Shown: in pieces, positions 28,849-38,506 of the stretch | Layout: each line of letters starts with the position of its first letter | How positions within the stretch are numbered: the stretch's first letter is position 1 | DNA from: a virus | Lineage: Duplodnaviria; Caudoviricetes | Virus record (IMG/VR): IMGVR_UViG_3300046001_004161 | Span: 1-57,304 of that record | Strand: one strand, 5' to 3' | Length of the DNA: 57,304 nucleotides | Notes under the pieces: model-generated | Database searches by the model: none | What the model saw: only the letters and a program-made list of their open reading frames with translations | Told to the model about the DNA's origin: nothing | Made by a program: the position numbers and the translations under genes

Positions 28849-29040
28849 TCACCAACAGCTATAATCGCTTATGTCCTTTTTCTTCTCGCATTGCGGGCAG
28901 AATGTTTCAACTTTTGTTCCGATGCCGGATTCAGTAAACATTGTAGTGACTGCTGAGTTACATTTCTTGTGATGCTTTCTCTTAAATTTTTCTAGCTTCT
29001 CATTCTCGATTTCATTGAGCTGAAAGGTGATTGTTGCCAT
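28849..29040 (-). CDS. small zinc-binding protein
   Basis: SGIG...CPQC...DISDY..W. Confidence 0.65.
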   Translation of the reverse strand: MATITFQLNEIENEKLEKFKRKHHKKCNSAVTTMFTESGIGTKVETFCPQCEKKKDISDYSCW

Positions 29041-29042
29041 CT

Positions 29043-29489
29043 TTACTCTCCTTGTTGGATAATATCGTATGCTTTCTGGACCAATGCTGCTTGGCTCTTT
29101 CTTCCTACCTTATTAAATTCTTCTATGCTTAGCCATACCCGCTTTCCTGTTTCAAAGTGCGGTTGAGCAAACTTGTTCGGCACCTTAACTTTAGCAACAA
29201 ACAAAGACAGATTATAACTTTCATCTAACCCCGTTATTCTTTCGGTTCCGATAGATCTTAATGCGACGATGTTACTACTCTGTAACCCTAGCTCTTCTTC
29301 GCCCTCTCGCATTGCCGCTGTTGCTGTGTCTTCACCTGGATCGATCGAGCCTTTAGCAATCTGCGGGAAAGATCCACCGTACGCCGGATTAGACGGGATC
29401 ATAAACAACATGCGAATCGCGCCGTCTTTATTCGTGTAGTAAGGGATTACGCCTGCTTTCTGTTTTTCTTCTACTTCAACTATCCTCAT
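29043..29489 (-). CDS. Nudix hydrolase
   Basis: KGSIDPGED...AAMREGEEELG. Confidence 0.85.
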   Translation of the reverse strand: MRIVEVEEKQKAGVIPYYTNKDGAIRMLFMIPSNPAYGGSFPQIAKGSIDPGEDTATAAMREGEEELGLQSSNIVALRSIGTERITGLDESYNLSLFVAKVKVPNKFAQPHFETGKRVWLSIEEFNKVGRKSQAALVQKAYDIIQQGE

Positions 29490-29634
29490 AGAATGAACAT
29501 TCCCCAGAAGAACGGAGGTATAAAGAAAAAGTGCAATTGAGGTGACCATATAACAACCTGACTAGGCAAAACTTGCTTACGCTTGTAATCGGCCAAACTT
29601 ATAACATTTGATTTCACTTGTTTTACCCCTTTAG

Positions 29635-30000
29635 CTATTTATTCTGCGAGTAAGACCTTGAAAAAAGTAAAGTCTCAATTTCAATGTGCACAGAAAGCCA
29701 ATTCTTTAAGATTCGAGCTACGTCAGGTATAAACGTTGTATCGAGTAGCATTGTGTTATACAGTTCTGCCGACATTCGTATAAAAGACGCATGAGTTTCT
29801 TTGTGTCCATCGTAGTCAGAGTATATCAGATCTTTCATCATTGACTCTTCGTGCGCAAAATGCCTCCGAATGGTGTCTAGTAGCTCTGAAATTGCTGAAA
29901 TTGACTCTGATTCAGACACTTTACCTATGTTTTCTGTAATGCTATCACACCTGCTGAATAAGTCCTTGTGTTCTTTGTCGATATCGGATAATGTGTACAT
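29635..30000 (-). CDS. hemerythrin-like protein
   Basis: IDKEH, HFAHEE, H..TH, WL..HI. Confidence 0.8.
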   Translation of the reverse strand: MYTLSDIDKEHKDLFSRCDSITENIGKVSESESISAISELLDTIRRHFAHEESMMKDLIYSDYDGHKETHASFIRMSAELYNTMLLDTTFIPDVARILKNWLSVHIEIETLLFSRSYSQNK

Positions 30001-30022
30001 AAAGCTATTTATTTGAATAGTC

Positions 30023-30052
30023 AAAAGAAAGCCCACCGAAGCGGGCTTTCCT
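30023..30052 (-). terminator. intrinsic terminator after tmRNA
   Basis: GAAAGCCCGC-TTCG-GTGGGCTTTC-TTTT. Confidence 0.85.
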
Positions 30053-30366
30053 GATCGATTTGGTTACAAGGAGATCAATCCCCGTGGTGTTCGGTTATTA
30101 AGCGAACGCTGCCGAAGTTGCAGCAACTTTGGAACCGCCGAAACGGAAACCTTTAGCTACTGTTACTTTGACACCAGATGCAGATGTTTTTGCATTTGTA
30201 GTTTTTGTTATTTTAACGTCTTCCCTGACGATTCTCCGCTCGGCTACTTATTACTCAATCGAATCCATAATCGAGCCCATTAGTAAAAATACTACTTAAT
30301 ACTTTTACTGGTGGACTCGCCGGGGTTCGAACCCGGGTCTTGAGCACCTTTGACCTAACATCAACG
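30053..30366 (-). ncRNA. ssrA: permuted (two-piece) tmRNA
   Basis: T-arm + CGAGTCC-A-CCA (ends 30309) precedes GGGCTCGA..GGATTCGA (starts 30278); G3:U70; tag frame 30193-30098. Confidence 0.88.
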
Positions 30367-30376
30367 AATTCTTTAC

Positions 30377-30514
30377 TTACCTATTAATTGCTCGTTTAAT
30401 TAACTCATGTGTCATTATTGCTAACTTTTCTCGAACTTTCAGCTCTTCTACTTCAATTTCTTTTAATCGATCATTTAGATGATCGACCGAGGCAAGTAGC
30501 TCCTCGGTCTTCAT
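30377..30514 (-). CDS. small coiled-coil protein (start MKTEELL)
   Basis: C-terminal part of the ORF-track ORF. Confidence 0.45.
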   Translation of the reverse strand: MKTEELLASVDHLNDRLKEIEVEELKVREKLAIMTHELIKRAINR

Positions 30515-30542
30515 CCGATCTAAAAACAGATCCTTCACAGCC

Positions 30543-31133
30543 TTATGGAAGGACGATGCCGCAATGTTCTTCAAGGTACTGAATAGCCCGGCTGTGCTTC
30601 GGCAGGAAGTCTGCAATGTACGCTGCCTGATCTGCCAAGATGTGACGGTTGGACAGGATCAGTGCTTCGTGGCGGCTAGGAACGTATGGTACCCAGAGCA
30701 GTTCCAGCCCAGCTTCAGCAAGAGTAAACGCCCCCTTCTTGTTGTTGCACTTCCAGCAAGCAGCAACACAGTTCTCCCAGATGTCCTTACCACCACGAGA
30801 TACAGGGTGGATGTGGTCACGTGTTAGCTTGCTTTCTGTGAAGTGCTTTCCACAGTAGGAGCAGGTGTGCAGGTCTCGACGGAACAGGTTCTGGTTAGTT
30901 AAAGCAGGCGTCTTACGGCTGTGCTTGAACTTGCCCTTGATGCTAACAATGGTTCCGACCTCAACATGAGACTGTAGTCCTGTCATGCGTGACATTCCGC
31001 CTAAGAACTGGTCTTCGTTACCCATTTCGAAGGACACAAGGCCCTTACACTTTAGGGTAATAGCGTCCTGCCAGTGGAGCCACTGGTGCGGCGTGCCGTC
31101 TGCGGTCAATGCCAAAATCTGCGGATGTCTCAT
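30543..31133 (-). CDS. HNH (McrA-like) endonuclease
   Basis: RRDLHTCSYCG...TRDHIHPVSRGG..WENCVAACWKCNNKK. Confidence 0.9.
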   Translation of the reverse strand: MRHPQILALTADGTPHQWLHWQDAITLKCKGLVSFEMGNEDQFLGGMSRMTGLQSHVEVGTIVSIKGKFKHSRKTPALTNQNLFRRDLHTCSYCGKHFTESKLTRDHIHPVSRGGKDIWENCVAACWKCNNKKGAFTLAEAGLELLWVPYVPSRHEALILSNRHILADQAAYIADFLPKHSRAIQYLEEHCGIVLP

Positions 31134-31265
31134 ATTGCCACCTTCATTTAACCTTTCTATTAGAGTATTTATGCTACTTGGACTTACCTATAACTATAAC
31201 ATAGATAAAAGAAAAGGTCAACCGAATTGTCGACCTTTTTAATCTATGCTTACTGCATAAAACTT

Positions 31266-31586
31266 TTAAATTGCGAAGCTTTCCCCACACCCGCACTCAG
31301 ATTTAAGATTTGGGTTATTGTAGCGGAACCCCTCTTGAAGACCTTCTAATACATAGTCGAGCTCGGTACCATCAATGTATAGTAAGCTCTTGGGATCAAC
31401 AAACACCTTTACGCCGTAGCTTTCAAAGACTAGATCGTCGTTGTTCGGAGTATCAACAAACTCCAAAGTGTACGACATTCCGTTACACCCAGAAGTCTTT
31501 ACACCGAAGCGTATTCCTGCTCCTCTGCCCCGACGTGTTATATATCTTAACACATGGCCTGCTGCTTTCTCAGTCAACGTGATCAT
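31266..31586 (-). CDS. iscA: Fe-S cluster assembly protein IscA
   Basis: [12 protein letters not shown]...CGCGESF. Confidence 0.9.
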   Translation of the reverse strand: MITLTEKAAGHVLRYITRRGRGAGIRFGVKTSGCNGMSYTLEFVDTPNNDDLVFESYGVKVFVDPKSLLYIDGTELDYVLEGLQEGFRYNNPNLKSECGCGESFAI

Positions 31587-31909
31587 GAAAACGAGCTCCC
31601 ACATCCGCAGGTAGACTGAGCCGAAGGATTTTTAATCGAAAACGACGACCCGTTTAAATCTTCTGTGTAACCAATCTCAGAGCCTACTAGGTATTGATAG
31701 CTTGCAGCATCAACTAAGAACTTAACTCCGTCCTTTTCGACTACGGTATCGTCTTCATTGATAGTCTCGTCAAAGGTAAAGCCATATTGAAAGCCCGAGC
31801 ATCCTCCACCAGTGACAAATGTACGAAGCATCAGTCCTGGGTTGCCTTCCTCGGCTATCAGTTCTTTTACTTTTGCTACTGCGCTATCTGTAAACGTAAA
31901 TGCGTCCAT
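31583..31909 (-). CDS. erpA: Fe-S insertion protein ErpA
   Basis: [19 protein letters not shown]...[11 protein letters not shown]...TCGCGSSFS. Confidence 0.9.
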   Translation of the reverse strand: MDAFTFTDSAVAKVKELIAEEGNPGLMLRTFVTGGGCSGFQYGFTFDETINEDDTVVEKDGVKFLVDAASYQYLVGSEIGYTEDLNGSSFSIKNPSAQSTCGCGSSFS

Positions 31910-31912
31910 GTA

Positions 31913-33322
31913 TTATTCTCCGTTTAGTAATGCATCTTTGTATCGCTGAACTGCTTGACTCAAAACTACTCTGATATTGTCACGTGGTAAATCTTTAATC
32001 AACGTTCTGTGCGGGAATTCTAACCCCACAGTTGCTAGTTCGAACTTTGGAGAGCACGTTAAACGTTGCAATGGATATCGCCTTTCTAGAAACGTGTCAG
32101 AAAAACCAACTGCCCACTCTCTGTCAATATCTCCGTTTGTCCAGTTGAGGTTATCAGTCCAGGTATAATATTTATCTGACTGCCTCGAGAACTCACTAGA
32201 CCCGTGTACTTTGTCACCTTGTGGGATATACAATGGGTTCATCCTGACTAAGTCAATCGGAAAGTCTATGTTTAATAGCTTTTCCGACCAATCTTGGATC
32301 GTTTCTTTAGTCTCAAACGGCAAGCCACAAATAAACGAACCAGTAGTTCCAACGTTTGGCATACAATCGGCAAACTTGTGCAGCTCTTCGATAATGTAGT
32401 CTGGTGATGTGCCTTTACCTATGGCTCTCGCCGACGGACCGAAGAACGACTCTAAGCCAAAATAAGCATCAGTAATGCCACCGTCTTTAAGAAGCTGGTA
32501 TTGTTCGGGCCTAGACCTAAGTAGATCTAGCCTAATATGAGCAAAGTATTCGAGGCGGAACGGCAAAGACTGTACTATGTCTGCCATCATCTGTAATTTT
32601 TCGATGCTGTCGTTGTGCGTGTCATCCATGTACCAGAACTTTGTTATACCAAATTCATAATATGACTTAAGGATTTCTTCCTTTACGATTGCAGCATGTT
32701 TTGTGTAGTCATTCTTCTTCCTACCTATTAGGTCAAACGTGCAAAACTTGCACTTGAACACGCATCCACGTGACACCTCAAATGGGCGCACCTTGGAAAT
32801 AAAATAGTCGTATTTTGAGTAGGTCAGTTGACTTCTGGTAAACTTAGCTATATCCATTTTACTTGTGCCGTCTACCGATTCGGTACCTGAATTTAAGTAC
32901 TCAATAAACGCATCTTCGCCGTATCCGAGTATTACTGCATCGACCTTATAAGAAACCAGAGTGTCAGCATTTGGGCCGCCTAACACAATCTTAATATTCG
33001 GGTTAATAGACTTAGCTAGTTGTACTGCGGTGGCAAAGATAGAAGAGGCTGCTGAGAATTTCTTGTAACCTTGCATCCAGGTTGTGCTAATCCCTAATAC
33101 TAAAGTATCTTTACCAACCGCCAGAGTTACCGCTCGGTGTAACTCTGGCTCTGTAAATGCCTGAACAGCGTCGATGACCTGGCAAGTATAGTTTGCGTTG
33201 CGAACTGCTGACGCAACGGTATAAACTCCTGCAACATTTAACGAGCCGAGCGAAAAGTTTCGGTCTTTGTCGTCTGCTGCGCTGCCGGACAGTAATAACA
33301 CATCAACATTACGTTGAATCAC
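31913..33322 (-). CDS. B12-binding-type radical SAM protein
   Basis: VLGGPNA, RGCVFKCKFC, FGLES, ICGLPFET. Confidence 0.85.
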   Translation of the reverse strand: MIQRNVDVLLLSGSAADDKDRNFSLGSLNVAGVYTVASAVRNANYTCQVIDAVQAFTEPELHRAVTLAVGKDTLVLGISTTWMQGYKKFSAASSIFATAVQLAKSINPNIKIVLGGPNADTLVSYKVDAVILGYGEDAFIEYLNSGTESVDGTSKMDIAKFTRSQLTYSKYDYFISKVRPFEVSRGCVFKCKFCTFDLIGRKKNDYTKHAAIVKEEILKSYYEFGITKFWYMDDTHNDSIEKLQMMADIVQSLPFRLEYFAHIRLDLLRSRPEQYQLLKDGGITDAYFGLESFFGPSARAIGKGTSPDYIIEELHKFADCMPNVGTTGSFICGLPFETKETIQDWSEKLLNIDFPIDLVRMNPLYIPQGDKVHGSSEFSRQSDKYYTWTDNLNWTNGDIDREWAVGFSDTFLERRYPLQRLTCSPKFELATVGLEFPHRTLIKDLPRDNIRVVLSQAVQRYKDALLNGE

Positions 33323-33701
33323 TGTGGTTCTTTTTGTAATCTGCTATAGCTGCTTTAATGGCATCTTCGGCGAGGATGGAACAGTGGATTTTGACCGGAG
33401 GGAGAGCAAGTTCCGCTGCAATAGCAGTATTATTAATCTCTGTTGCTTGGTCAAGTGTTCTACCTTTGAGCCACTCAGTAACCAATGAACTGCTCGCAAT
33501 AGCACTACCGCAACCGTAAGTCTTAAATTTGGCATCGGTTATCACCTTTGTATCTGAATCAACTTTGATCTGGAGTTTCAGTACATCTCCACACGCCGGG
33601 GCCCCTACCATACCTGTGCCAACCTCCGTGTCACCTTTTTCAAACGAGCCGACATTACGGGGATTCTCGTAATGGTCTAAAACTTGTGCTGAGTATGCCA
33701 T
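33309..33701 (-). CDS. iscU: Fe-S scaffold IscU
   Basis: DHYENPRNVG, APACGDV, GCGSAIASSS, LPPVKIHCS. Confidence 0.95.
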   Translation of the reverse strand: MAYSAQVLDHYENPRNVGSFEKGDTEVGTGMVGAPACGDVLKLQIKVDSDTKVITDAKFKTYGCGSAIASSSLVTEWLKGRTLDQATEINNTAIAAELALPPVKIHCSILAEDAIKAAIADYKKNHSDST

Positions 33702-33723
33702 ACCTTTACTCCTTTGTTAATAT

Positions 33724-33990
33724 TTACCGTTTCTCTCCGAAGAAGTATTCACGGTCAATCAGTCCTTGCTGAATTTCTAATACTGCTGTTACCGTCGGCT
33801 TGTGTACTTCTTTGATCCTCGAAGGAGACCCTTTACTGATCTCGTATGCGCGAAGCGAAGCAGCAAGAATCATTTCGTAGCAGTTCCCACCAAACATCTT
33901 CGTAGCCAAAGCAACATCTTCAGCAACTGGCTTTGACGAAAGCGTCTTACGGTAAGGTAGTTCAACTTTGGTTGCTTTTGTCTTTCGCAT
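33724..33990 (-). CDS. rpoZ: RNA polymerase omega subunit homolog
   Basis: GNCYEMILAASLRAYEI...KPTVTAVLEIQQGLI matches omega conserved regions. Confidence 0.7.
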   Translation of the reverse strand: MRKTKATKVELPYRKTLSSKPVAEDVALATKMFGGNCYEMILAASLRAYEISKGSPSRIKEVHKPTVTAVLEIQQGLIDREYFFGEKR

Positions 33991-34119
33991 TTTGACTCTC
34001 CTGTGTATGAGTAATAATTATACGCTCTCGAAGTTTAAAGTTCAACTAATTCGGTGATCCGCTGTGTTCAATTTGAGGTGTTAGCCAGTACAAGTACCCG
34101 CAAAACAAGCAGGTATTTT

Positions 34120-34177
34120 GTAAGTCATTGATTTTAAAGAGATCCGCAAAAACGTGCGGATCTGTAAGTCATTGATT
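34120..34177. repeat. direct repeat of GTAAGTCATTGATT flanking a hairpin
   Basis: Copies at 34120 and 34164 around AGATCCGCA...TGCGGATCT. Confidence 0.7.
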
Positions 34178-35048
34178 ATTCAATGGTTTTGTAGAGTTCG
34201 TCTAGCTTGCGTAGTGCTGTCTGCGCTTTGTCCTGTGTAAAACGTTGCGATACACTGGCAGGTGTTAGTCCCATCGTGACTAACTGCTCAGCAAAATCGT
34301 TGCTATTCACTGCGTCACGTAATGCGGTTGCGATCTTTGGCGAAAGCTGGTTGTTCGAAAAGGCAATAGCCTGTAACGATGTCTCTGGGAAGTTAGCCTG
34401 CGTAATCAGGGAGCCAATGAATGGAGCTTTAGCCCAGTTATCTTTCTTTGAAGATGCTAAACACTTAGCGCCATCAGTTACCATTTGTTTAGCTACTGTG
34501 CCACCGTAGAACATTTGTACTGTACCACTTACTACTGCGGTTTTTAGGTCACCTGCACCTTTAAAAGGTAGTATCTGAATGTTTAACTTTGAGTATTTCT
34601 TTAAGAGCTGCATTGTTTTCCAGTTGATGTCACTTGTAGGTGATCCAATTACTATTGGAGTCTGACTATCTTGTAAAGTCTTTAAAGTAATGTCTGGGCG
34701 ACTGGGTGTCGTACATAGCATAAACTCCGAATCGGAAAGCGTAGCTAAGAACTTTAGGTTAATGTAAATATCTACTCCTGGACAGATGCCAGTTGGCTCA
34801 CTACGAAGATCACTGTTTACACTTACTAAGACTGCGTCTTTGTTCTTGTTCGAATACTCTAATGCTTCTGCGCACGTCTTAAAGAACACTTTCTTATTCT
34901 CGATACCTTTGTCCAACAGTATCTTACCCAATACAGATACATGTTTGTCTGAACCACCACCCGGGGGATAATGCATGACAAATTCCAACTGTTGTGCTGT
35001 TGCCGATTGAGCAAATAGCATACCAGCAATAAGTAACCACTTTTTCAT
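34176..35048 (-). CDS. TctC/Bug-like periplasmic binding protein
   Basis: Signal peptide, YPPGGGSD, LPFKGAG..AVVSG. Confidence 0.75.
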   Translation of the reverse strand: MKKWLLIAGMLFAQSATAQQLEFVMHYPPGGGSDKHVSVLGKILLDKGIENKKVFFKTCAEALEYSNKNKDAVLVSVNSDLRSEPTGICPGVDIYINLKFLATLSDSEFMLCTTPSRPDITLKTLQDSQTPIVIGSPTSDINWKTMQLLKKYSKLNIQILPFKGAGDLKTAVVSGTVQMFYGGTVAKQMVTDGAKCLASSKKDNWAKAPFIGSLITQANFPETSLQAIAFSNNQLSPKIATALRDAVNSNDFAEQLVTMGLTPASVSQRFTQDKAQTALRKLDELYKTIE

Positions 35049-35059
35049 TTACTTCTCCT

Positions 35060-36385
35060 TTAGAAATTTAATAGATAGAACCTGTATAACTCGTCAATGG
35101 CTGAATCAGCAATGAAGAACGCAAACACTAACACGAGCTTCGAATCGTTTGCAGTTATCTTCCATCCTGCTAACACACATATCACAAAAACACTTAGTGA
35201 GAGCAGTAACTGGTTTCCTAAATACCCAAGCCAGGTAACCATTATTACCGCACTTAACAGCATTCCTTGGTAAAGGTACTTCTGAGTGTAATTGTAAAGC
35301 GTAATAACAGCTCGATACAGACTACCAGCTATTATCCATAATATAACATTTGACACAAACAAAGTCAACAAGATTGGTTTAATGTTGTCTGTTAAAAACG
35401 ACACGCTAGTTGTTATTCCAAACCCCATTCCTTCTGCTATCCCTAGCAGTATTGACTCAGAATAAACAATCGGAATAGCCAAAAAGAGCAAAGGAATTAG
35501 AACTGTAATGGCTGCGCTATTGTTAGCTGATTCAGCTGCTAGTAATCGAGCTAAGCCGGAATCATTAAATTTCTTTTCGATGCGGTCACAAATAGAGCTA
35601 CTTAAAGCGTAACTCGCTCCGGGTAGGATACCAATGAATCCCCCAAGGATACTTCCCCTAAGAACGCTTTTAATCTCTGTTAAACTAAAGAGCATTTTAA
35701 ATCTGTTTGCTATCGTTAGGTTTATCCCATCAATTGGATTAGACTCCATTGGTTGCTTGTCTGCTAGTAGTTTTATCAGAATTGGTACTGTAATGAATCC
35801 CAGGAACAAAGCGTAAAACGGAAGTCCTGCGCTTAGTACGCTATAAGCAGGTGCAAGAATGTTAGCTCGGAATAAGACATCGAAGCCGATCTTCCCTAAT
35901 GTCAATCCAGCAAGTAACATAACAAGACTCAGCGTCTTATTCTTAGTCAACATAACCATTGCTACCATAATGACTACATACATTGCTGTCAATACGGTAT
36001 TATGGTAAACCCAAAGTAAGCTAGGCAACTGGCTAAACACTAGCAGCAGCATACCAATGCCCAATGTAGCAGAGACGAAACTTGCTGTGCTAGTTAGTGA
36101 TAAAACCTCTGCCCCTCTGCCTTGCTGAAACAAAGGATGTCCGTGCGTGACTGCGGGCATACTCGATATCTCACCAGCTACTCCGTACACTATAGAAGAT
36201 ACGCTTCCGAAGTACTGTGATGCTGACACTAGTACCGCGTAGAAAATAAACAAAGACAGTAGATCGACGTTCTGTAACAGCGGAAATAGAATTAACAGCA
36301 CTGTCGCCGATCCAATTCCCGGCAAAAGACCTACTATTATTCCAGTTAACATTCCTAGCAATGATGCTAAAATAATTTCCATCAC
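35060..36385 (-). CDS. TctA-like tripartite tricarboxylate transporter permease
   Basis: GLLPGIG, GILPGA, AAESANNS; many TM segments. Confidence 0.85.
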   Translation of the reverse strand: MMEIILASLLGMLTGIIVGLLPGIGSATVLLILFPLLQNVDLLSLFIFYAVLVSASQYFGSVSSIVYGVAGEISSMPAVTHGHPLFQQGRGAEVLSLTSTASFVSATLGIGMLLLVFSQLPSLLWVYHNTVLTAMYVVIMVAMVMLTKNKTLSLVMLLAGLTLGKIGFDVLFRANILAPAYSVLSAGLPFYALFLGFITVPILIKLLADKQPMESNPIDGINLTIANRFKMLFSLTEIKSVLRGSILGGFIGILPGASYALSSSICDRIEKKFNDSGLARLLAAESANNSAAITVLIPLLFLAIPIVYSESILLGIAEGMGFGITTSVSFLTDNIKPILLTLFVSNVILWIIAGSLYRAVITLYNYTQKYLYQGMLLSAVIMVTWLGYLGNQLLLSLSVFVICVLAGWKITANDSKLVLVFAFFIADSAIDELYRFYLLNF

Positions 36386-37512
36386 GTTCCTAAGATGTAG
36401 GGCTTTCCAAGAAACCCTGCATAGTCACTTATGTCTTGCGTGGGGCTTGATAGCAAACTATGGCGCAGCATGTAAGATACTAACGTGTTATCGTTATGTA
36501 AACTTTGCCAGGCATTCACGTATCCTAATGCTTTTGTTTCTCCCGTCAACAAAAGACTTTTCAACTTAGTGTCAAACTTTGCTACGGAGTAATAATTCTT
36601 ATTCATTAGTTCCTTTATATCCATCTGTGCCAATCGTATAGACGTCGACTTCTGTAAGAAGCTAGCACTAGCAGTAAGTTCGGTGTCGCGCCCACATGCA
36701 CTAGCAAATGCTGTGTAGTCTAAATGAGTACTTTTACCTAGTTGACCAAAGCTACTCCATCCTTCATTGGCGGTTGGTACATAGCTCTTAATGAATTTTA
36801 GCAGAGCATGATTTTGTTTAATGTGTAACTCTGGAAGCGAAGACGAAACAAAAAAGTACTCTATTCTCGGCCATCCGATTCCGGGACGATATACTTTGTC
36901 TAAATGAACCGCACACCAATTGCCGTTTTGCCGAATGATGTGCGGCTTTTCGTGACCTGTTATTAAGCACCAGTTATCTCCTTTCCACGAATCTTCACAA
37001 TATCTGTATACTTTGTTACCATGGCTTGAAAACCTGTAACGGAATAGTCCGCCTTGATCCTTTAGGATCCAATTATCTTCAAAGTTGTCGTTCCACGTTT
37101 CGTCGTCACGATGTAGTATTGTAATCTTTGTGCGAGGGTCTGGGTGATTAGCTCTGATCCAATCGGCGTTTGCCTTAGGATAGGACAAAGACTCTAACTC
37201 CGAGTCGGAATAACTAATAATAATTTCGTCAATAAAAACATTGTTGCGAAGGAAAGCACTATAAACAGTAATGCTATCAGTGCCTCCACTAAACGCCAAT
37301 ACGATGCGATCGTATGTTGCTGCAATCTGTTTAACACGCAAGTCGACAAGTTCTCTCATTGACTGCACCGGTTCTTTTGACCAATCAATCGCGTCAAATA
37401 CAGGATCTTTAAATTCGAATCGAGGCAAAGCATCTGGACAATGCTCAGCTCCATATAAAAAAGCTAAAAACGGATTAAAGAAGGACCGGTCTCCGATCTT
37501 GTAAACAAACAT
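36382..37512 (-). CDS. PP-loop (adenine nucleotide alpha hydrolase-like) protein
   Basis: LAFSGGTDS. Confidence 0.7.
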   Translation of the reverse strand: MFVYKIGDRSFFNPFLAFLYGAEHCPDALPRFEFKDPVFDAIDWSKEPVQSMRELVDLRVKQIAATYDRIVLAFSGGTDSITVYSAFLRNNVFIDEIIISYSDSELESLSYPKANADWIRANHPDPRTKITILHRDDETWNDNFEDNWILKDQGGLFRYRFSSHGNKVYRYCEDSWKGDNWCLITGHEKPHIIRQNGNWCAVHLDKVYRPGIGWPRIEYFFVSSSLPELHIKQNHALLKFIKSYVPTANEGWSSFGQLGKSTHLDYTAFASACGRDTELTASASFLQKSTSIRLAQMDIKELMNKNYYSVAKFDTKLKSLLLTGETKALGYVNAWQSLHNDNTLVSYMLRHSLLSSPTQDISDYAGFLGKPYILGT

Positions 37513-37525
37513 CTAGATAACTCGT

Positions 37526-37939
37526 TTACTTACACCAACTTGCTTTGAAGCCACCGTTGTATGCGCGAGCGTACCCTGCTGCGATCAGCTTAGTTGCTAA
37601 ATCTTCACCTTGTGCGTTGCGCAATCTTGCTAATACTCTGCCACCATACTTGTCCCAAGCAATTACCTCTACTGTAGTCGGTTTGCCTTTAATCTCTGCG
37701 TTCAAAAAGTCCCTTGCTCTTATTGCGTCGGCTTTTTCTTTCTCGCATTTCCCTGTTCGTAGTTCTGGGGTGTCAATTCCTGATAGGCGGAACCGAATCG
37801 CCCTCAGTCCAGGGATCGGTTTGTAAGTGCTAACTACTGTATCACCGTCATAGGCTACTAAGTCGCTGTACACCAATGTTTCTGCGTGTACTGAAACTGT
37901 TAAGACCATTGCTGCTATTGCTGTGAAAAGTTTATTCAT
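37526..37939 (-). CDS. secreted thermonuclease (SNase-like)
   Basis: YDGDT, RLSGIDTPE, DKYGGRVLA. Confidence 0.9.
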   Translation of the reverse strand: MNKLFTAIAAMVLTVSVHAETLVYSDLVAYDGDTVVSTYKPIPGLRAIRFRLSGIDTPELRTGKCEKEKADAIRARDFLNAEIKGKPTTVEVIAWDKYGGRVLARLRNAQGEDLATKLIAAGYARAYNGGFKASWCK

Positions 37940-38099
37940 CTGTATATCTCCTGTCAGTATTTATTAGCTGGTCTTCCATGTCCTTAACTTCTTCAACCAT
38001 TGGGTCTTTGTTGGATGGAAAACGACCATACTGTTCCTTTACTAACAAGCAAATGTCACAATGCGTAATCTCTTTTCGGTGAAGGCAAATGGCTTCCAT
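37932..38099 (-). CDS. small hypothetical protein (MEAICLHR...)
   Basis: TAAATA 4 nt upstream of the ATG. Confidence 0.5.
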   Translation of the reverse strand: MEAICLHRKEITHCDICLLVKEQYGRFPSNKDPMVEEVKDMEDQLINTDRRYTDE

Positions 38100-38144
38100 A
38101 GCGTATTTACCGAATAAATACTTTGTAACATAAGGAGATATAAT

Positions 38145-38270
38145 ATGATTAATTTCGCAATCGGAGTAGCAGTCGGCACAGCATTTGCGCCGTTCTGGAT
38201 GGCTGTTTGGACCAACCAAATCAAGCCACTTGTTGTTAAAGTAAAGGCCAAACTCTTTAAGTCAGAGTAA
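38145..38270 (+). CDS. 41-aa single-TM late protein (MINFAIGVAVG...)
   Basis: AATAAATA plus AAGGAGA SD; not in the ORF track. Confidence 0.65.
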   Translation: MINFAIGVAVGTAFAPFWMAVWTNQIKPLVVKVKAKLFKSE

Positions 38271-38441
38271 TTACTTTCCAGGAGGTACTGTTAGCTTCAA
38301 CGTTACTAGGGAATTTTCATTCCCTAGTACCTCGATTATGGTACCTGTCGGCGCTAACGCAAAGGCGTAGATAGGATCTACGTCAATCATTTTACCGTTG
38401 AATATAATTTGTCTCGTTGAAGTATCTAATGTAACTATCAT
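38271..38441 (-). CDS. 56-aa late protein (MIVTLDTS...)
   Basis: TATAAATA 4 nt upstream; not in the ORF track. Confidence 0.55.
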   Translation of the reverse strand: MIVTLDTSTRQIIFNGKMIDVDPIYAFALAPTGTIIEVLGNENSLVTLKLTVPPGK

Positions 38442-38466
38442 TCAGTATTTATAACGCAGATAAGAG

Positions 38467-38488
38467 AATAGGGGCCGAAGCCCCTATT
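38467..38488. terminator. intrinsic terminator
   Basis: AATAGGGGC-CGAA-GCCCCTATT. Confidence 0.8.
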
Positions 38489-38506
38489 GTCTTGAAAGCT
38501 CAATTA

